The translations under genes and the position numbers were made by a program. From Candidatus Eiseniibacteriota bacterium (lineage in GTDB: Bacteria > Eisenbacteria > RBG-16-71-46), in NCBI GenBank assembly GCA_031366795.1, contig JANLOX010000259.1, forward strand, positions 220 through 64,219: a DNA stretch of 64,000 bases. Reading direction: 5' to 3'. The notes beneath the pieces are model-generated. The model did no database searches. It saw only the letters and a list, made by a program, of their open reading frames with translations, and had not been told where the DNA came from. Positions within the stretch are counted from its first letter, which is position 1. Each line of letters starts with the position of its first letter. Shown here one piece after another: positions 56,169-64,000 of this stretch.

Positions 56169-57214
56169 CCCGCTACCGCGATGCCGGCGTGGACGTGGGT
56201 CGCGCGGATGCGGTGAAACGCGACGTGATTCGCGATGCGACTTCGACCTGGACGCCCGCGGTGCGGCGCTTGAGCGGTGGATTCGCCGGCGTGATGGAGT
56301 GGCCCGGTGGCGCGGGTGGCGCAAGCAGCGGGAGCGGAGCGCCGCTGCTGCTGGCGGCGACGATGGATGGCGTGGGAACAAAACTGCATCTCGCACTTGC
56401 GGCCAATCGAGTCGCTGACGCCTCGGCGGATCTTGTCTACCACGGTGCCAACGACCTGCTGGTCCACGGCGCGCGTCCGCTCGCCATGCTCGATTACGTG
56501 GCGCAGGCCCGGCTCGATCCGCAGGTGGTGCGCGAAGTCGTGCGCGGGCTGGCGGCCGCCTGCCGCGAGGTCGGAGCCGTGTTGCTCGGCGGTGAGACCG
56601 CCGAGATGCCAGATACGTATTTGGACGGGGTCGTCGATGTGGCGGGCTGCATGATCGGGTGGGTCGATCCTAAGGCGTTGCGCGATGGTTCGGCCGTGCA
56701 GCCGGGGGATGTCGTGCTCGGACTCGCGGCGGACGGATTGCACACGAACGGGTTTTCGCTTGCGCGGCGTGTGCTCAAGGATTCCGGATTGGCGCTCGAC
56801 TCGCCGTTGCCCGGCGGCGCGGGCGTGAGCATTGGCGATGCTTTGTTGGCGCCGCACCGCTGGTATGGCGCTTCGTTGATCCCCGAGTTGTCGGAATCGC
56901 GTGTGCGCGCCATGGCGCACATCACCGGCGGCGGCATCGCCGGCAATCTCGTGCGCGTGCTCCCCGCCGGATGCCATGCGGTGATCAGCGGGGCCTGGCC
57001 GCGCCCGGCGGTCTACCGGTGGCTGTGCGAGGCCGGCGCGATTCCCGATGCTGACGCGCTCGAAGCGTTCAATCTCGGCATCGGCTTTATCGTCATCGCC
57101 GCGGCGGGCACCGAGCAGGCACTCACGACCGATCTCGAATCGCGCGGGGAGCGGGTGATCGGCTGTGGCGCCGTGATCGCGGGCGAGCGCGGCGTGACGT
57201 GGTCCGCGGGGTGA
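56165..57214 (+). CDS. purM: Phosphoribosylformylglycinamidine cyclo-ligase (AIR synthetase)
   Basis: YRDAGVDV...GGFAGV...DGVGTKL...HGANDLLVHGARPLAMLDY...HITGGGIAGNL is the PurM signature. GTGA overlap with the HD-GYP gene. Confidence 0.9.
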   Translation: MTRYRDAGVDVGRADAVKRDVIRDATSTWTPAVRRLSGGFAGVMEWPGGAGGASSGSGAPLLLAATMDGVGTKLHLALAANRVADASADLVYHGANDLLVHGARPLAMLDYVAQARLDPQVVREVVRGLAAACREVGAVLLGGETAEMPDTYLDGVVDVAGCMIGWVDPKALRDGSAVQPGDVVLGLAADGLHTNGFSLARRVLKDSGLALDSPLPGGAGVSIGDALLAPHRWYGASLIPELSESRVRAMAHITGGGIAGNLVRVLPAGCHAVISGAWPRPAVYRWLCEAGAIPDADALEAFNLGIGFIVIAAAGTEQALTTDLESRGERVIGCGAVIAGERGVTWSAG

Positions 57215-57295
57215 CACAACGCTCCGCCGCGGGGCCACGCCTGGTCGCCCGCGCGGATGCGCCGGTGATGCGTGGGGTTGATGCTCGAGCCGATT

Positions 57296-57313
57296 GGCAT
57301 GATCGGTCATGCC
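57296..57313 (+). promoter_or_regulatory. Perfect palindrome GGCATGA-tcgg-TCATGCC (candidate activator or repressor binding site)
   Basis: 7-bp inverted repeat with a 4-nt spacer, about 130 bp upstream of the stronger sigma-54-type promoter, which is a typical enhancer-binding-protein (EBP) upstream activating sequence (UAS) distance. Confidence 0.3.
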
Positions 57314-57337
57314 GCCCCACCGGTGGACGCCGCGCGG

Positions 57338-57352
57338 TGGCAACGGTGTTGC
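57338..57352 (+). promoter_or_regulatory. Sigma-54-type promoter candidate P1 (TGGCAAC-N4-TTGC)
   Basis: TGGCAACGGTGTTGC has GG and GC separated by exactly 10 nt. It matches TGGCACG-N4-TTGC except at two positions. Confidence 0.3.
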
Positions 57353-57440
57353 GCGGACGTCAACGGCGTGGGCGGATCCGGGGCCGCCTGCGCGCTGTGC
57401 TTCGCGCGTGTTCCCGCCACCGCAGTGCCTTTCCAGACAC

Positions 57441-57455
57441 TGGCGCGTGGTTTGC
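57441..57455 (+). promoter_or_regulatory. Sigma-54-type (-24/-12) promoter candidate P2 (TGGCGCG-N4-TTGC)
   Basis: TGGCGCGTGGTTTGC has one mismatch to the TGGCACG-N4-TTGC consensus, with correct GG/GC spacing. It points at the downstream activator gene, about 165 nt before its start. Confidence 0.45.
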
Positions 57456-57620
57456 GTTAGGGTTCCCACGGTGGCCCCGTTTGTTCTCCAACATGTAACC
57501 CCGGGCGCCGCGGCTGGCGCGCACGCCGTCGATTCATGCCGAATCTTCCCGTTCGGGCGGGTGCGGCGTGACGACCGGGGATCGACGTGAGCGCCGCGGC
57601 GCGGACGCTTTAAGGGACCA

Positions 57621-58676
57621 ATGGGTGTGGGAGGGACGATGGAGCGGCGAGGTCTACTGGAGTGTGCGGTGGAAGCACGGGGACCCGAGATGCTCGGGGA
57701 ATCCCCGCCGTGGCGCAGCATCCGAGATGCCCTGCCGAGCATCGCCATGAGCGAGCTGCCGGTGCTGGTGCTGGGCGAGACGGGCACCGGGAAGGAACTC
57801 ATCGCGCGAGCGCTGCACCAGTTGAGCGCCCGCCGCGCCTTCAGCTTCGTCGCGCACAACTGCGGCGCGACGCCGGACACCCTGATCGAGAGCGAGTTGT
57901 TCGGCCACAGCCGGGGCTCGTTCACCGGCGCCGTCGCGGACCGTGAGGGTCTGTTCGATGCGGCAAATGGAGGCACGCTGTTCCTCGACGAAATCGGCGA
58001 CGCCAGCCCGTTGCTGCAGATGAAGCTGTTGCGCGTACTGCAGGAGGGCGAGGCGCGCCGCGTCGGCGAGACGCGGGTACGGAGGATGGATGTGCGCATC
58101 GTCTCGGCAACGCACCGGCCGCTCGATGAAGGGGTCGAGCAATCGTCGTTTCGCGCCGATTTGTTTTACCGCCTGAATGCCGTGCGCATCATGCTGCCGT
58201 CTTTGCGGGAGCGTGGCAGCGATGTGCTGTTGCTGGCGCGCCACTTCCTGTCGCTGGCCGCCGAGCGAATGGGTTGCGAGACGCCACGATTAGATGCCGA
58301 GCTCGAGGAGTTCGTGCTGCACTACCCATGGCCGGGTAATGTGCGGGAGCTGGCCAATGCGTGCACCTACGCGGTGCGTGTGGCCGGCGCGCGGGGCGAG
58401 GTGGCGTGGGAGCATTGGCCGCGCCCGACGCTGCGCATCGACACGACGCAGGCCGCCGGGCTGCACGCCGAGACGCGCGCCCTGGAAGAGCGTCGGCTCG
58501 TCGAGACGCTCGAGCGCGTTCACTGGAACAAGTCGCGCGCCGCCCGTGCGTTGGGGCTGTCGCGCCAGGGCCTGCTCAAGAAACTCAGGCGCTACGGGCT
58601 GGGCCCGGGGCCCGATGACGTCCTCGGTGCCACCGCGGCGGCCGCGGTGCTTGACGCTCCCGCGGCCCCTGCGTAG
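57621..58676 (+). CDS. Sigma-54-dependent transcriptional activator lacking an N-terminal sensory/receiver domain (AAA+ sigma-54 interaction domain plus Fis-type HTH; PspF/HrpS-like)
   Basis: LVLGETGTGKE (Walker A), GHSRGSFTGAV (GAFTGA-loop variant), GGTLFLDEIGD (Walker B), ...LYRLNAV..., C-terminal HTH (WNKSRAARALGLSRQGLLKKLRRYGL). Only ~20-25 aa precede the AAA+ core. ATG 57639 is an alternative start. Confidence 0.85.
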   Translation: MGVGGTMERRGLLECAVEARGPEMLGESPPWRSIRDALPSIAMSELPVLVLGETGTGKELIARALHQLSARRAFSFVAHNCGATPDTLIESELFGHSRGSFTGAVADREGLFDAANGGTLFLDEIGDASPLLQMKLLRVLQEGEARRVGETRVRRMDVRIVSATHRPLDEGVEQSSFRADLFYRLNAVRIMLPSLRERGSDVLLLARHFLSLAAERMGCETPRLDAELEEFVLHYPWPGNVRELANACTYAVRVAGARGEVAWEHWPRPTLRIDTTQAAGLHAETRALEERRLVETLERVHWNKSRAARALGLSRQGLLKKLRRYGLGPGPDDVLGATAAAAVLDAPAAPA

Positions 58677-58679
58677 ATT
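58651..58679 (+). promoter_or_regulatory. Candidate sigma-70-type promoter (TTGACG -17- TAGATT) inside the 3' end of the activator gene, reading into the oxidoreductase-lnt genes
   Basis: TTGACGCTC 58651-58659 and TAGATT 58674-58679 with a 17-nt spacer. The activator's TAG stop is part of the -10 element. Same motif pair as at 24809-24837. Confidence 0.35.
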
Positions 58680-58820
58680 GCAGCGCCAGCCGGGCGAGGG
58701 TGCGCCGCATGAGGCGTCACGAGGACATCCTGCTCACGCAACGTCCGGCCTGATGTATCGCGCGGCGCTCGACGCCTCAAGCGCCGCGCTCCTGCACCCC
58801 TGGCGTTCAAGGAGGCGGCT

Positions 58821-59834
58821 GTGGCGAGAAAGACGCTGGGTGTAGCGCTCGTCGGAGTCGGCGCGGCGGCCCAGATCAACCACATCCCGGTGCTTAAGCG
58901 CACCGAAGGCGTGGAGTTGCTGGCGCTGGTCGACCGCGACGCCGAAAAGGCCGCGCAGGTGGCGCAGAAGTTCGGCATCCCGCACAGCTTCGGGCGCATC
59001 GAGCAGATGCTCGAGCGCGACGACATCGATGCCGTGGACCTGTGCACGCCGAATTACCTGCACGCCCCGATGGCGATCGCTTCGCTGGAATCGGGCAAGC
59101 ACGTTTTGTGCGAACGGCCGTTCGCGCGCAACGGCGATGAGGCGGCGGCGATGGCCAAGGCGGCGAAGAAGGCCGACCGTGTCCTGATGTCCGCGCTGCA
59201 GCACCGCTTCCGCGCCGACGCCCAGTTGCTTCGCACCTTCGTCGCCAAGGGCGAGCTGGGAGAGATCCACTACGCCAAAGCCGGTTGGCTGCGGCGACGC
59301 ACCGACTGGGACTCCGACGAATGGCGCCGCCAGAAGCGCGAATCCGGCGGTGGCGTGGTGTTGGATCTCGGGTTCCAGATGCTCGATCTGTCTCTGTGGA
59401 CGCTGGGTGGCCCGGCGGTCAAGTCGGTGACGGCGAGTGTGCATCGTTCCAAGAAGGGCGAGGTCGAGGATAGTGCTACCGCGTTCGTGCGCCTCGAGAC
59501 GGGCGCCACGCTGACTCTCGAGTTGACGTGGGGTCTGCTGATGGAGAAGGACTTCGCCTACCTCAACCTGTTCGGCACGGGGGGTGCGGCGTTGCTCAAC
59601 CCGTTCCGCCTGCACAAGGGCATGCACGGCACGCTCGTCAATGTCACCCCCGACCTCGATAACGCGCGCAACCAGTACAAGCAGTCGATGGAGGCGCAGA
59701 TCCTCCACTTCGTCGAGGCGCTGCGCAAGGGCAGCAAGCCAATGGGCTTGCCGGATGAGATCGTGCCCGTGATGGATACGCTCGACGCGATTTACCGCTC
59801 TGCCGAACTCGGCAAAGAGGTCAAACTCGCTTAA
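58821..59834 (+). CDS. Gfo/Idh/MocA-family NAD(P)-dependent oxidoreductase
   Basis: LGVALVGVGAAAQINHIPVL (Rossmann GxGxxA) ... LCERPFARN ... matches the Gfo/Idh/MocA fold. GTG start 6 nt after AAGGAGG. Confidence 0.85.
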   Translation: MARKTLGVALVGVGAAAQINHIPVLKRTEGVELLALVDRDAEKAAQVAQKFGIPHSFGRIEQMLERDDIDAVDLCTPNYLHAPMAIASLESGKHVLCERPFARNGDEAAAMAKAAKKADRVLMSALQHRFRADAQLLRTFVAKGELGEIHYAKAGWLRRRTDWDSDEWRRQKRESGGGVVLDLGFQMLDLSLWTLGGPAVKSVTASVHRSKKGEVEDSATAFVRLETGATLTLELTWGLLMEKDFAYLNLFGTGGAALLNPFRLHKGMHGTLVNVTPDLDNARNQYKQSMEAQILHFVEALRKGSKPMGLPDEIVPVMDTLDAIYRSAELGKEVKLA

Positions 59835-59871
59835 GCGGTGGGGGCATCTCCCGGCGCTGGCGTCCGGCGCT

Positions 59872-61362
59872 TTGTTGGGGGTGGCCTTCTTCCCGGCGCC
59901 GCTGGGTTTCGTGGCTTGGTTCGCGCTCATCCCGCTGTTGATCGAGCTCGACCGGCGCATCAGCGCCGGCGATCGCGCTCGCGTGCTGTTCCGCACCGGC
60001 TATGTTTACGGCCTCGCGTTCTACCTGACGGGCATGCACTGGATCGCCCTGCTCTCGAATGTCGCGATGACGACACCGTGGCTCAAGTACCCGGCGTGGC
60101 TGCTGGCGGGCGGCTATCTCGCGTTGTTCGCCGGGCTCACCACGGTGGTTGCGGGCGTCATCGTGAGGCGGCTGCGGTTGTCGCTGGCGATCGTCTTCCC
60201 GGTGGTCGCGCTTGCGGTCGAGGCAGTGCGCGCTTCGGGTGAGATGGGTTTCCCGTGGTTCCAGCCGGGCTACACGCAGCACGCCTACTTGCCGCTCATC
60301 CAAATGGCCGCTCTCGGCAGCGTCTCACTCGTGACGCTGTGGATCTACGCGCTCAATGTGTGCGGCTGGCTGGCGTGGCGTTCACGCCGTCCCGTGCGCT
60401 GGATCGCCGTGGCGCTCTTGTTGGCGTGTCCCTGGGTGCTCGGCGGCATCACGGTGTGGCGCGCGCCGGTGGCTACCGGGCCCGCCGTTGGGCTCGTCCA
60501 GGGTTGCATCCCGGGGGAGATCAAGTGGGCGGGGGGGCATGAGCAGGAAATCTTGAACACCTTCCTCGATCTGTCCACCCAGGCCGCGGCGGATTCCCGG
60601 CACCCCGGCATCATCATCTGGCCCGAGACCGCGACCGGCAGTTACCTGCGCAAGCAACTCGACCAGCTGCTGGCCGTGACGGAGTTCGCAGGGATGCACA
60701 AGGTGGACATCTTCTCGGGCACACCGGACTACATGCTCGATAGCACAGGCCAGCCGCGCTACTACAACGCGGGCGCGCTGTTCCGGGCCGAGGGTCCCTA
60801 CGATTCGATCTATGCGAAGCGACATCTTGTCCCCTTCGGGGAGCGGATTCCGTTCCAACGCATCATCCCCACTCTCGGCAAGCTACAGTTCGGGCAGGCG
60901 GAATGGACTCCCGGCACTTCGCCCGTCCTGTTTCCGGGCGGTGGCGGCCGTTTTGGTTGTCTCGTGTGTTTCGAGTCGATCTTCCCCGAGCTGGCGCGCG
61001 AGGACGTGCGGCACGGCGCCACCTGGCTCGTCAACATCACGAACGATGAATGGTTTGGATTGGGCGCGGCACTTTACCAGCACGCGGCGATGGCGGTGTT
61101 CCGCGCCGTCGAGAATCGCGTCCCGATTGCGCGTTGCGCCAACACCGGCCTCACCCAGATGATCGATCCCTATGGCCGCATCACCGCGCAAGCGCCGGTG
61201 TGGAAGCCGGCGTTCATCGTGGCGCGGTTGGCCGCGCCGGGGAAGCAGACGCTCTATGGCGCGCTGGGTGACTGGCCGAGTGTGCTGGCGCTGCTGGCCA
61301 CGTTCATCGCGTTCGCGGGGTCGCTCGCGCGTGTTTTGACAGGACGGCGGCGCGCTGAATAA
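59872..61362 (+). CDS. lnt: Apolipoprotein N-acyltransferase
   Basis: Multi-TM N-terminal half, then a CN-hydrolase domain (IIWPETATGSY ... CFESIFPEL ... NITNDEWFG; the Cys of CFES is the putative catalytic Cys) and a C-terminal TM. Start is uncertain: TTG 59872, or an upstream in-frame CTG. Confidence 0.8.
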   Translation: MLGVAFFPAPLGFVAWFALIPLLIELDRRISAGDRARVLFRTGYVYGLAFYLTGMHWIALLSNVAMTTPWLKYPAWLLAGGYLALFAGLTTVVAGVIVRRLRLSLAIVFPVVALAVEAVRASGEMGFPWFQPGYTQHAYLPLIQMAALGSVSLVTLWIYALNVCGWLAWRSRRPVRWIAVALLLACPWVLGGITVWRAPVATGPAVGLVQGCIPGEIKWAGGHEQEILNTFLDLSTQAAADSRHPGIIIWPETATGSYLRKQLDQLLAVTEFAGMHKVDIFSGTPDYMLDSTGQPRYYNAGALFRAEGPYDSIYAKRHLVPFGERIPFQRIIPTLGKLQFGQAEWTPGTSPVLFPGGGGRFGCLVCFESIFPELAREDVRHGATWLVNITNDEWFGLGAALYQHAAMAVFRAVENRVPIARCANTGLTQMIDPYGRITAQAPVWKPAFIVARLAAPGKQTLYGALGDWPSVLALLATFIAFAGSLARVLTGRRRAE

Positions 61363-61365
61363 CAT

Positions 61366-61390
61366 GCGCGCCTTCGGTCGCGCTTTGTCT
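61366..61390 (+). terminator. Putative intrinsic terminator after lnt (GCGCG-C-CTTCGG-T-CGCGC then TTTGTCT)
   Basis: Hairpin with a TTCG-type loop at 61366-61383, followed by a T-rich run at 61384-61390. It is the only hairpin in the window with a clear U-tract. Confidence 0.4.
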
Positions 61391-61436
61391 GCCGCCGGCC
61401 ACGAACATTCCCGCACCACCTGAATCCGGATAGGGC

Positions 61437-62456
61437 ATGAGCTACCGCGTTGCCGTTCTCGGTGCCACTGGTCTCGTTGGGCGAACCATGCTCGAACTGC
61501 TGGAGGCGCGCGGGTTCCCCGTGAGTGATGCCGTGCTGCTCGCCAGCGAGCGGTCCGCCTCGCGCGAGTTGCCGTTCCGCGGCCGTTCCATCGCGGTGCG
61601 CGCCGTCAGCAGCGAGGGATTCAAGGGGGTCGACGTCGCGTTGTTCGCCAGCGCCAACGCCGTGAGCCAGGAGTGGGCCGGGGCAGCACAGGCCGCGGGC
61701 GCGCTGGTGGTCGACAACAGCAGCGCGTTCCGTTACGTCGATGAAGTGCCGTTGGTCGTGCCCGAGGTCAACGGCGAACTGCTGGATGCCCGCCCGACGC
61801 TGGTCGCCAACCCGAATTGTTCCACCATCGCCATCGTCATGGCGTTGGCACCGTTGGCGCGGGAGATCGGGATCGAGCGCGTCGTCGTCTCGACCTACCA
61901 GTCGGTCTCGGGTGCCGGATCGCAGGCCGTCGAAGAACTCGAGGCCGGCATTCGCGCCGGGCTCGAAGGGCCGCCCCCGCCGCGCGCGGGAGGGTTGCCG
62001 CCGTTCGCTTTCAACGTGGTGCCGCAGATCGATCGCTTCGAGGCGAACGGCTACTCGCGCGAGGAGATGAAAGTGATCTGGGAGACGCGCAAGATCCTGG
62101 GCCTGCCCGGGCTGCCGGTCACGGCCACCGCGGTGCGCGTGCCGGTGCGCATCGGCCACGCCGCCGCCATCAACGTCACGTTCCGGCGGGCGACCACGCC
62201 AGAAGAAGCTCGTGCGCTGTGGGCGAAGACGCCCGGCGTCATTGTGGTGGACGATCCCGCGCAGGGCCGCTACCCGACGCCGCTCGAAGCTGCGGGCCGC
62301 GATGAAGTGCTGGTGGGCCGCGCGCGTCACGACATTTCGCAGCAACATGGGCTCGACTTCTTCGTGGCCTCTGATAACTTGCGCAAGGGTGCCGCACTCA
62401 ACGCGGTCCAGATCGCCGAACGCCTCATGGGTGGTCCGAGGGCGAACCGCTCGTGA
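61437..62456 (+). CDS. asd: Aspartate-semialdehyde dehydrogenase
   Basis: VAVLGATGLVGRTMLELL...NPNCSTIAIV (active-site Cys) ...SGAG... ASDNLRKGAALNAVQIAE is the typical Asd. Confidence 0.9.
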   Translation: MSYRVAVLGATGLVGRTMLELLEARGFPVSDAVLLASERSASRELPFRGRSIAVRAVSSEGFKGVDVALFASANAVSQEWAGAAQAAGALVVDNSSAFRYVDEVPLVVPEVNGELLDARPTLVANPNCSTIAIVMALAPLAREIGIERVVVSTYQSVSGAGSQAVEELEAGIRAGLEGPPPPRAGGLPPFAFNVVPQIDRFEANGYSREEMKVIWETRKILGLPGLPVTATAVRVPVRIGHAAAINVTFRRATTPEEARALWAKTPGVIVVDDPAQGRYPTPLEAAGRDEVLVGRARHDISQQHGLDFFVASDNLRKGAALNAVQIAERLMGGPRANRS

Positions 62457-63187
62457 ACTTAAGGCCGGAGCCACGTCCGCCGCGGGCGGCCGGCCCGGTG
62501 CTGCTCGGCGCACTCGTCGCAGCGCTCGTGGCGGGCCGATTCGAGACGGCCCTCGGCTGCGTGCTGCTCGCGGTGCTGACGGCGGCGTGGGCGGGAGCGC
62601 GCATGATTACCACGCGGGACGCGAAGCTGTTGGGCCTCGGGGCAACCGTCGCCATTGTGTTGAATGTCTGGCTCGTGCGGGGCGCGCCGTTGTTGCCCCT
62701 GCCTGGGGGTTGGGCGGGCTCGTGGGAAGGATTGCGCGCGGGTCTCCTGCTGTCGCTGCGGCTGGCGGGCGCCGGCATCGCCCTGCATGGCCTGCGCTCC
62801 GCGTGGCCGGGGGAGCGGGCCGCGGACGAACTCGCGGCGCGCGCGGGATTCCTCGAACGCCTCCGCGTGCCGGTGCGCTCGGCACGTGCCGTCGCAGGGC
62901 TGGCGCTGCGCTTTGCTCCGTTGGTCGCCGCCGAGGCCCAGCGCATCGCCGCGTTGCAAGACCACCGCGCAGGCACACGTCCCCCATCGCGGCGGCAGTG
63001 GCTGGTGCGGCGCCGCGCGTTGGTGGTGCCGTTGCTGGTGTGCACGCTCGAGCGGGCCGAACGCGTCGCACTGGGGCTCGAAGCGAGGCACTATCGCGTG
63101 CGCCCGGTGCCCCACGTCGCGCGGCCGCTGGGCGCCGAATTGTTCGCGCTCGCGTTGATTGCCACCTCGGTTCTCTGGCGTGCGTGA
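62453..63187 (+). CDS. Hypothetical polytopic membrane protein (possible CbiQ/EcfT-like transmembrane component)
   Basis: Several hydrophobic helices (LLGALVAALVAG, LLAVLTAAWAGA, LLGLGATVAIVLNVWLV). The C-terminal LERAERVALGLEARHYR resembles the conserved ERAxxIxxAMExRGY tail of EcfT/CbiQ. The assignment is weak. GTGA/ATG coupling on both sides. Confidence 0.45.
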   Translation: MNLRPEPRPPRAAGPVLLGALVAALVAGRFETALGCVLLAVLTAAWAGARMITTRDAKLLGLGATVAIVLNVWLVRGAPLLPLPGGWAGSWEGLRAGLLLSLRLAGAGIALHGLRSAWPGERAADELAARAGFLERLRVPVRSARAVAGLALRFAPLVAAEAQRIAALQDHRAGTRPPSRRQWLVRRRALVVPLLVCTLERAERVALGLEARHYRVRPVPHVARPLGAELFALALIATSVLWRA

Positions 63188-63937
63188 ATGCGAACATTCC
63201 GGCTACTCATAGGGTACGATGGCACTGCCTTCCACGGCTGGCAGGTCCAACCTGGTCTGCGCACCGTGCAGGGCGTGCTGGAGGAAGCGGTGCACGGCAT
63301 CCTGAATGGCGAGACGCCACGCGTGTCGGGAGCGGGACGGACCGATGTCGGAGTGCATGCGAGAGGGCAGGTCGCTTCATTCCAGGCCGTGTTGAACGTG
63401 CCGGGCCACGCGCTGGCCCCGCTGCTCAATCGCCGCCTGCCGCGGGATGTGCGCGTCCGCTCCGCCACCGAGGCAGCACCGCCGTTTCACGCGCGGCATT
63501 ACGCGCGCGGCAGGCGCTACGCCTACCGGGTGCTCGAGACGGACGATGTGCTGCTGGAGCGCTTCGCCTGGAACATCCGCCGCGTTCCCGATTGGGAGAA
63601 GGTGCAGCAGGCGACGCGCGTGCTCGAAGGTGAGCAGGACTTCAGCGCCGTCGCAGCGGCGGGGAGCGCCGTCGGTTCGAATAACTGCAAGGTGCGTCGC
63701 GCGCGCTGGAGACTGCAGCGGGGCGGGGCGAGGCTGGACATCGTGTCCGACCATTTCCTGTATCACATGGTGCGCAACGTGGTGAGCACCGTGTTGCGGG
63801 CCTCGCGCGACAGCGATCCCGCTGCCACGATGCGTGACATCCTTGCCTCACGAAACCGCGCGCGCGCCGCGGGAACCGCGCCCGCGCATGGACTTTGCCT
63901 TGAAGCGGTCCACTACCCGGTGGAGGACGTGTCATGA
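63188..63937 (+). CDS. truA: tRNA pseudouridine(38-40) synthase
   Basis: LLIGYDGTAFHGWQ.QPGLRTVQG.LE.A...GAGRTDVGVHARGQV (catalytic Asp) is the TruA signature. Confidence 0.9.
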   Translation: MRTFRLLIGYDGTAFHGWQVQPGLRTVQGVLEEAVHGILNGETPRVSGAGRTDVGVHARGQVASFQAVLNVPGHALAPLLNRRLPRDVRVRSATEAAPPFHARHYARGRRYAYRVLETDDVLLERFAWNIRRVPDWEKVQQATRVLEGEQDFSAVAAAGSAVGSNNCKVRRARWRLQRGGARLDIVSDHFLYHMVRNVVSTVLRASRDSDPAATMRDILASRNRARAAGTAPAHGLCLEAVHYPVEDVS

Positions 63938-64000
63938 ATCGCAGGGGTTTGAATGTCGCGGTCATCGCGCTGGTTGCGGCACTTAGTCTTGGGCAGGTCC
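63934..64000 (+). CDS. 5' end of an unidentified gene (MNRRGLNVAVIALVAALSLGQV..., signal-peptide-like) running off the window
   Basis: ATG 63934 overlaps the truA stop (ATGA). Only 22 codons are visible. Confidence 0.3.
   Translation, partial: MNRRGLNVAVIALVAALSLGQV

Noticed and set aside
57199-57590. Small ORFs (62-99 aa) inside the purM-activator intergenic region
   Set aside because: Arg-rich, no SD, and they overlap the sigma-54 promoter elements. Treated as non-coding.
56081-58099. 672-aa minus-strand ORF covering purM, the 424-bp intergenic region and the activator 5' end
   Set aside because: It crosses a clearly non-coding region rich in regulatory motifs. Its translation is Arg/Pro-rich low complexity. 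It is antisense to two motif-rich genes.

Overview
High-GC (roughly two-thirds G+C by eye) chromosomal segment from a diderm (Gram-negative-type) bacterium. It is densely packed with about 60 protein-coding genes and essentially all of them are on the + strand; the one minus-strand candidate is at 47582-48037. Very many genes are joined by overlapping stop/start codons (GTGA, ATGA, TGATG).

Content by function:
- Translation: rplM-rpsI, rpsB-tsf-pyrH-frr, gatCAB, argS, cca, rsfS, truA, tsaC, dtd.
- Isoprenoid and lipid carrier: uppS-cdsA-dxr, ispB.
- LPS inner-core cassette: split hldA/hldC plus a GT9 heptosyltransferase and three further glycosyltransferases.
- Outer-membrane biogenesis: rseP-bamA-tamB, followed by an unusual Omp85 barrel fused to a metallopeptidase-like domain and a TolB/PD40 propeller. 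lnt is also present.
- Other metabolism: purD, purE, purM, ilvE, rpiB, glyA, asd.
- A MoxR-DUF58-vWA-TPR-BatD 'Bat-like' operon.
- A regulatory island: an internally duplicated hypothetical protein, an HD-GYP membrane protein, a receiver-less sigma-54 activator preceded by two sigma-54-type promoters, and an EIIA(Ntr)-like protein.

No rRNA, tRNA, CRISPR array or mobile element was recognised. The most unusual item is the 1052-aa Omp85 fusion protein (21633-24791) immediately downstream of bamA-tamB. All family assignments are from motif recognition by eye; no database search could be run.
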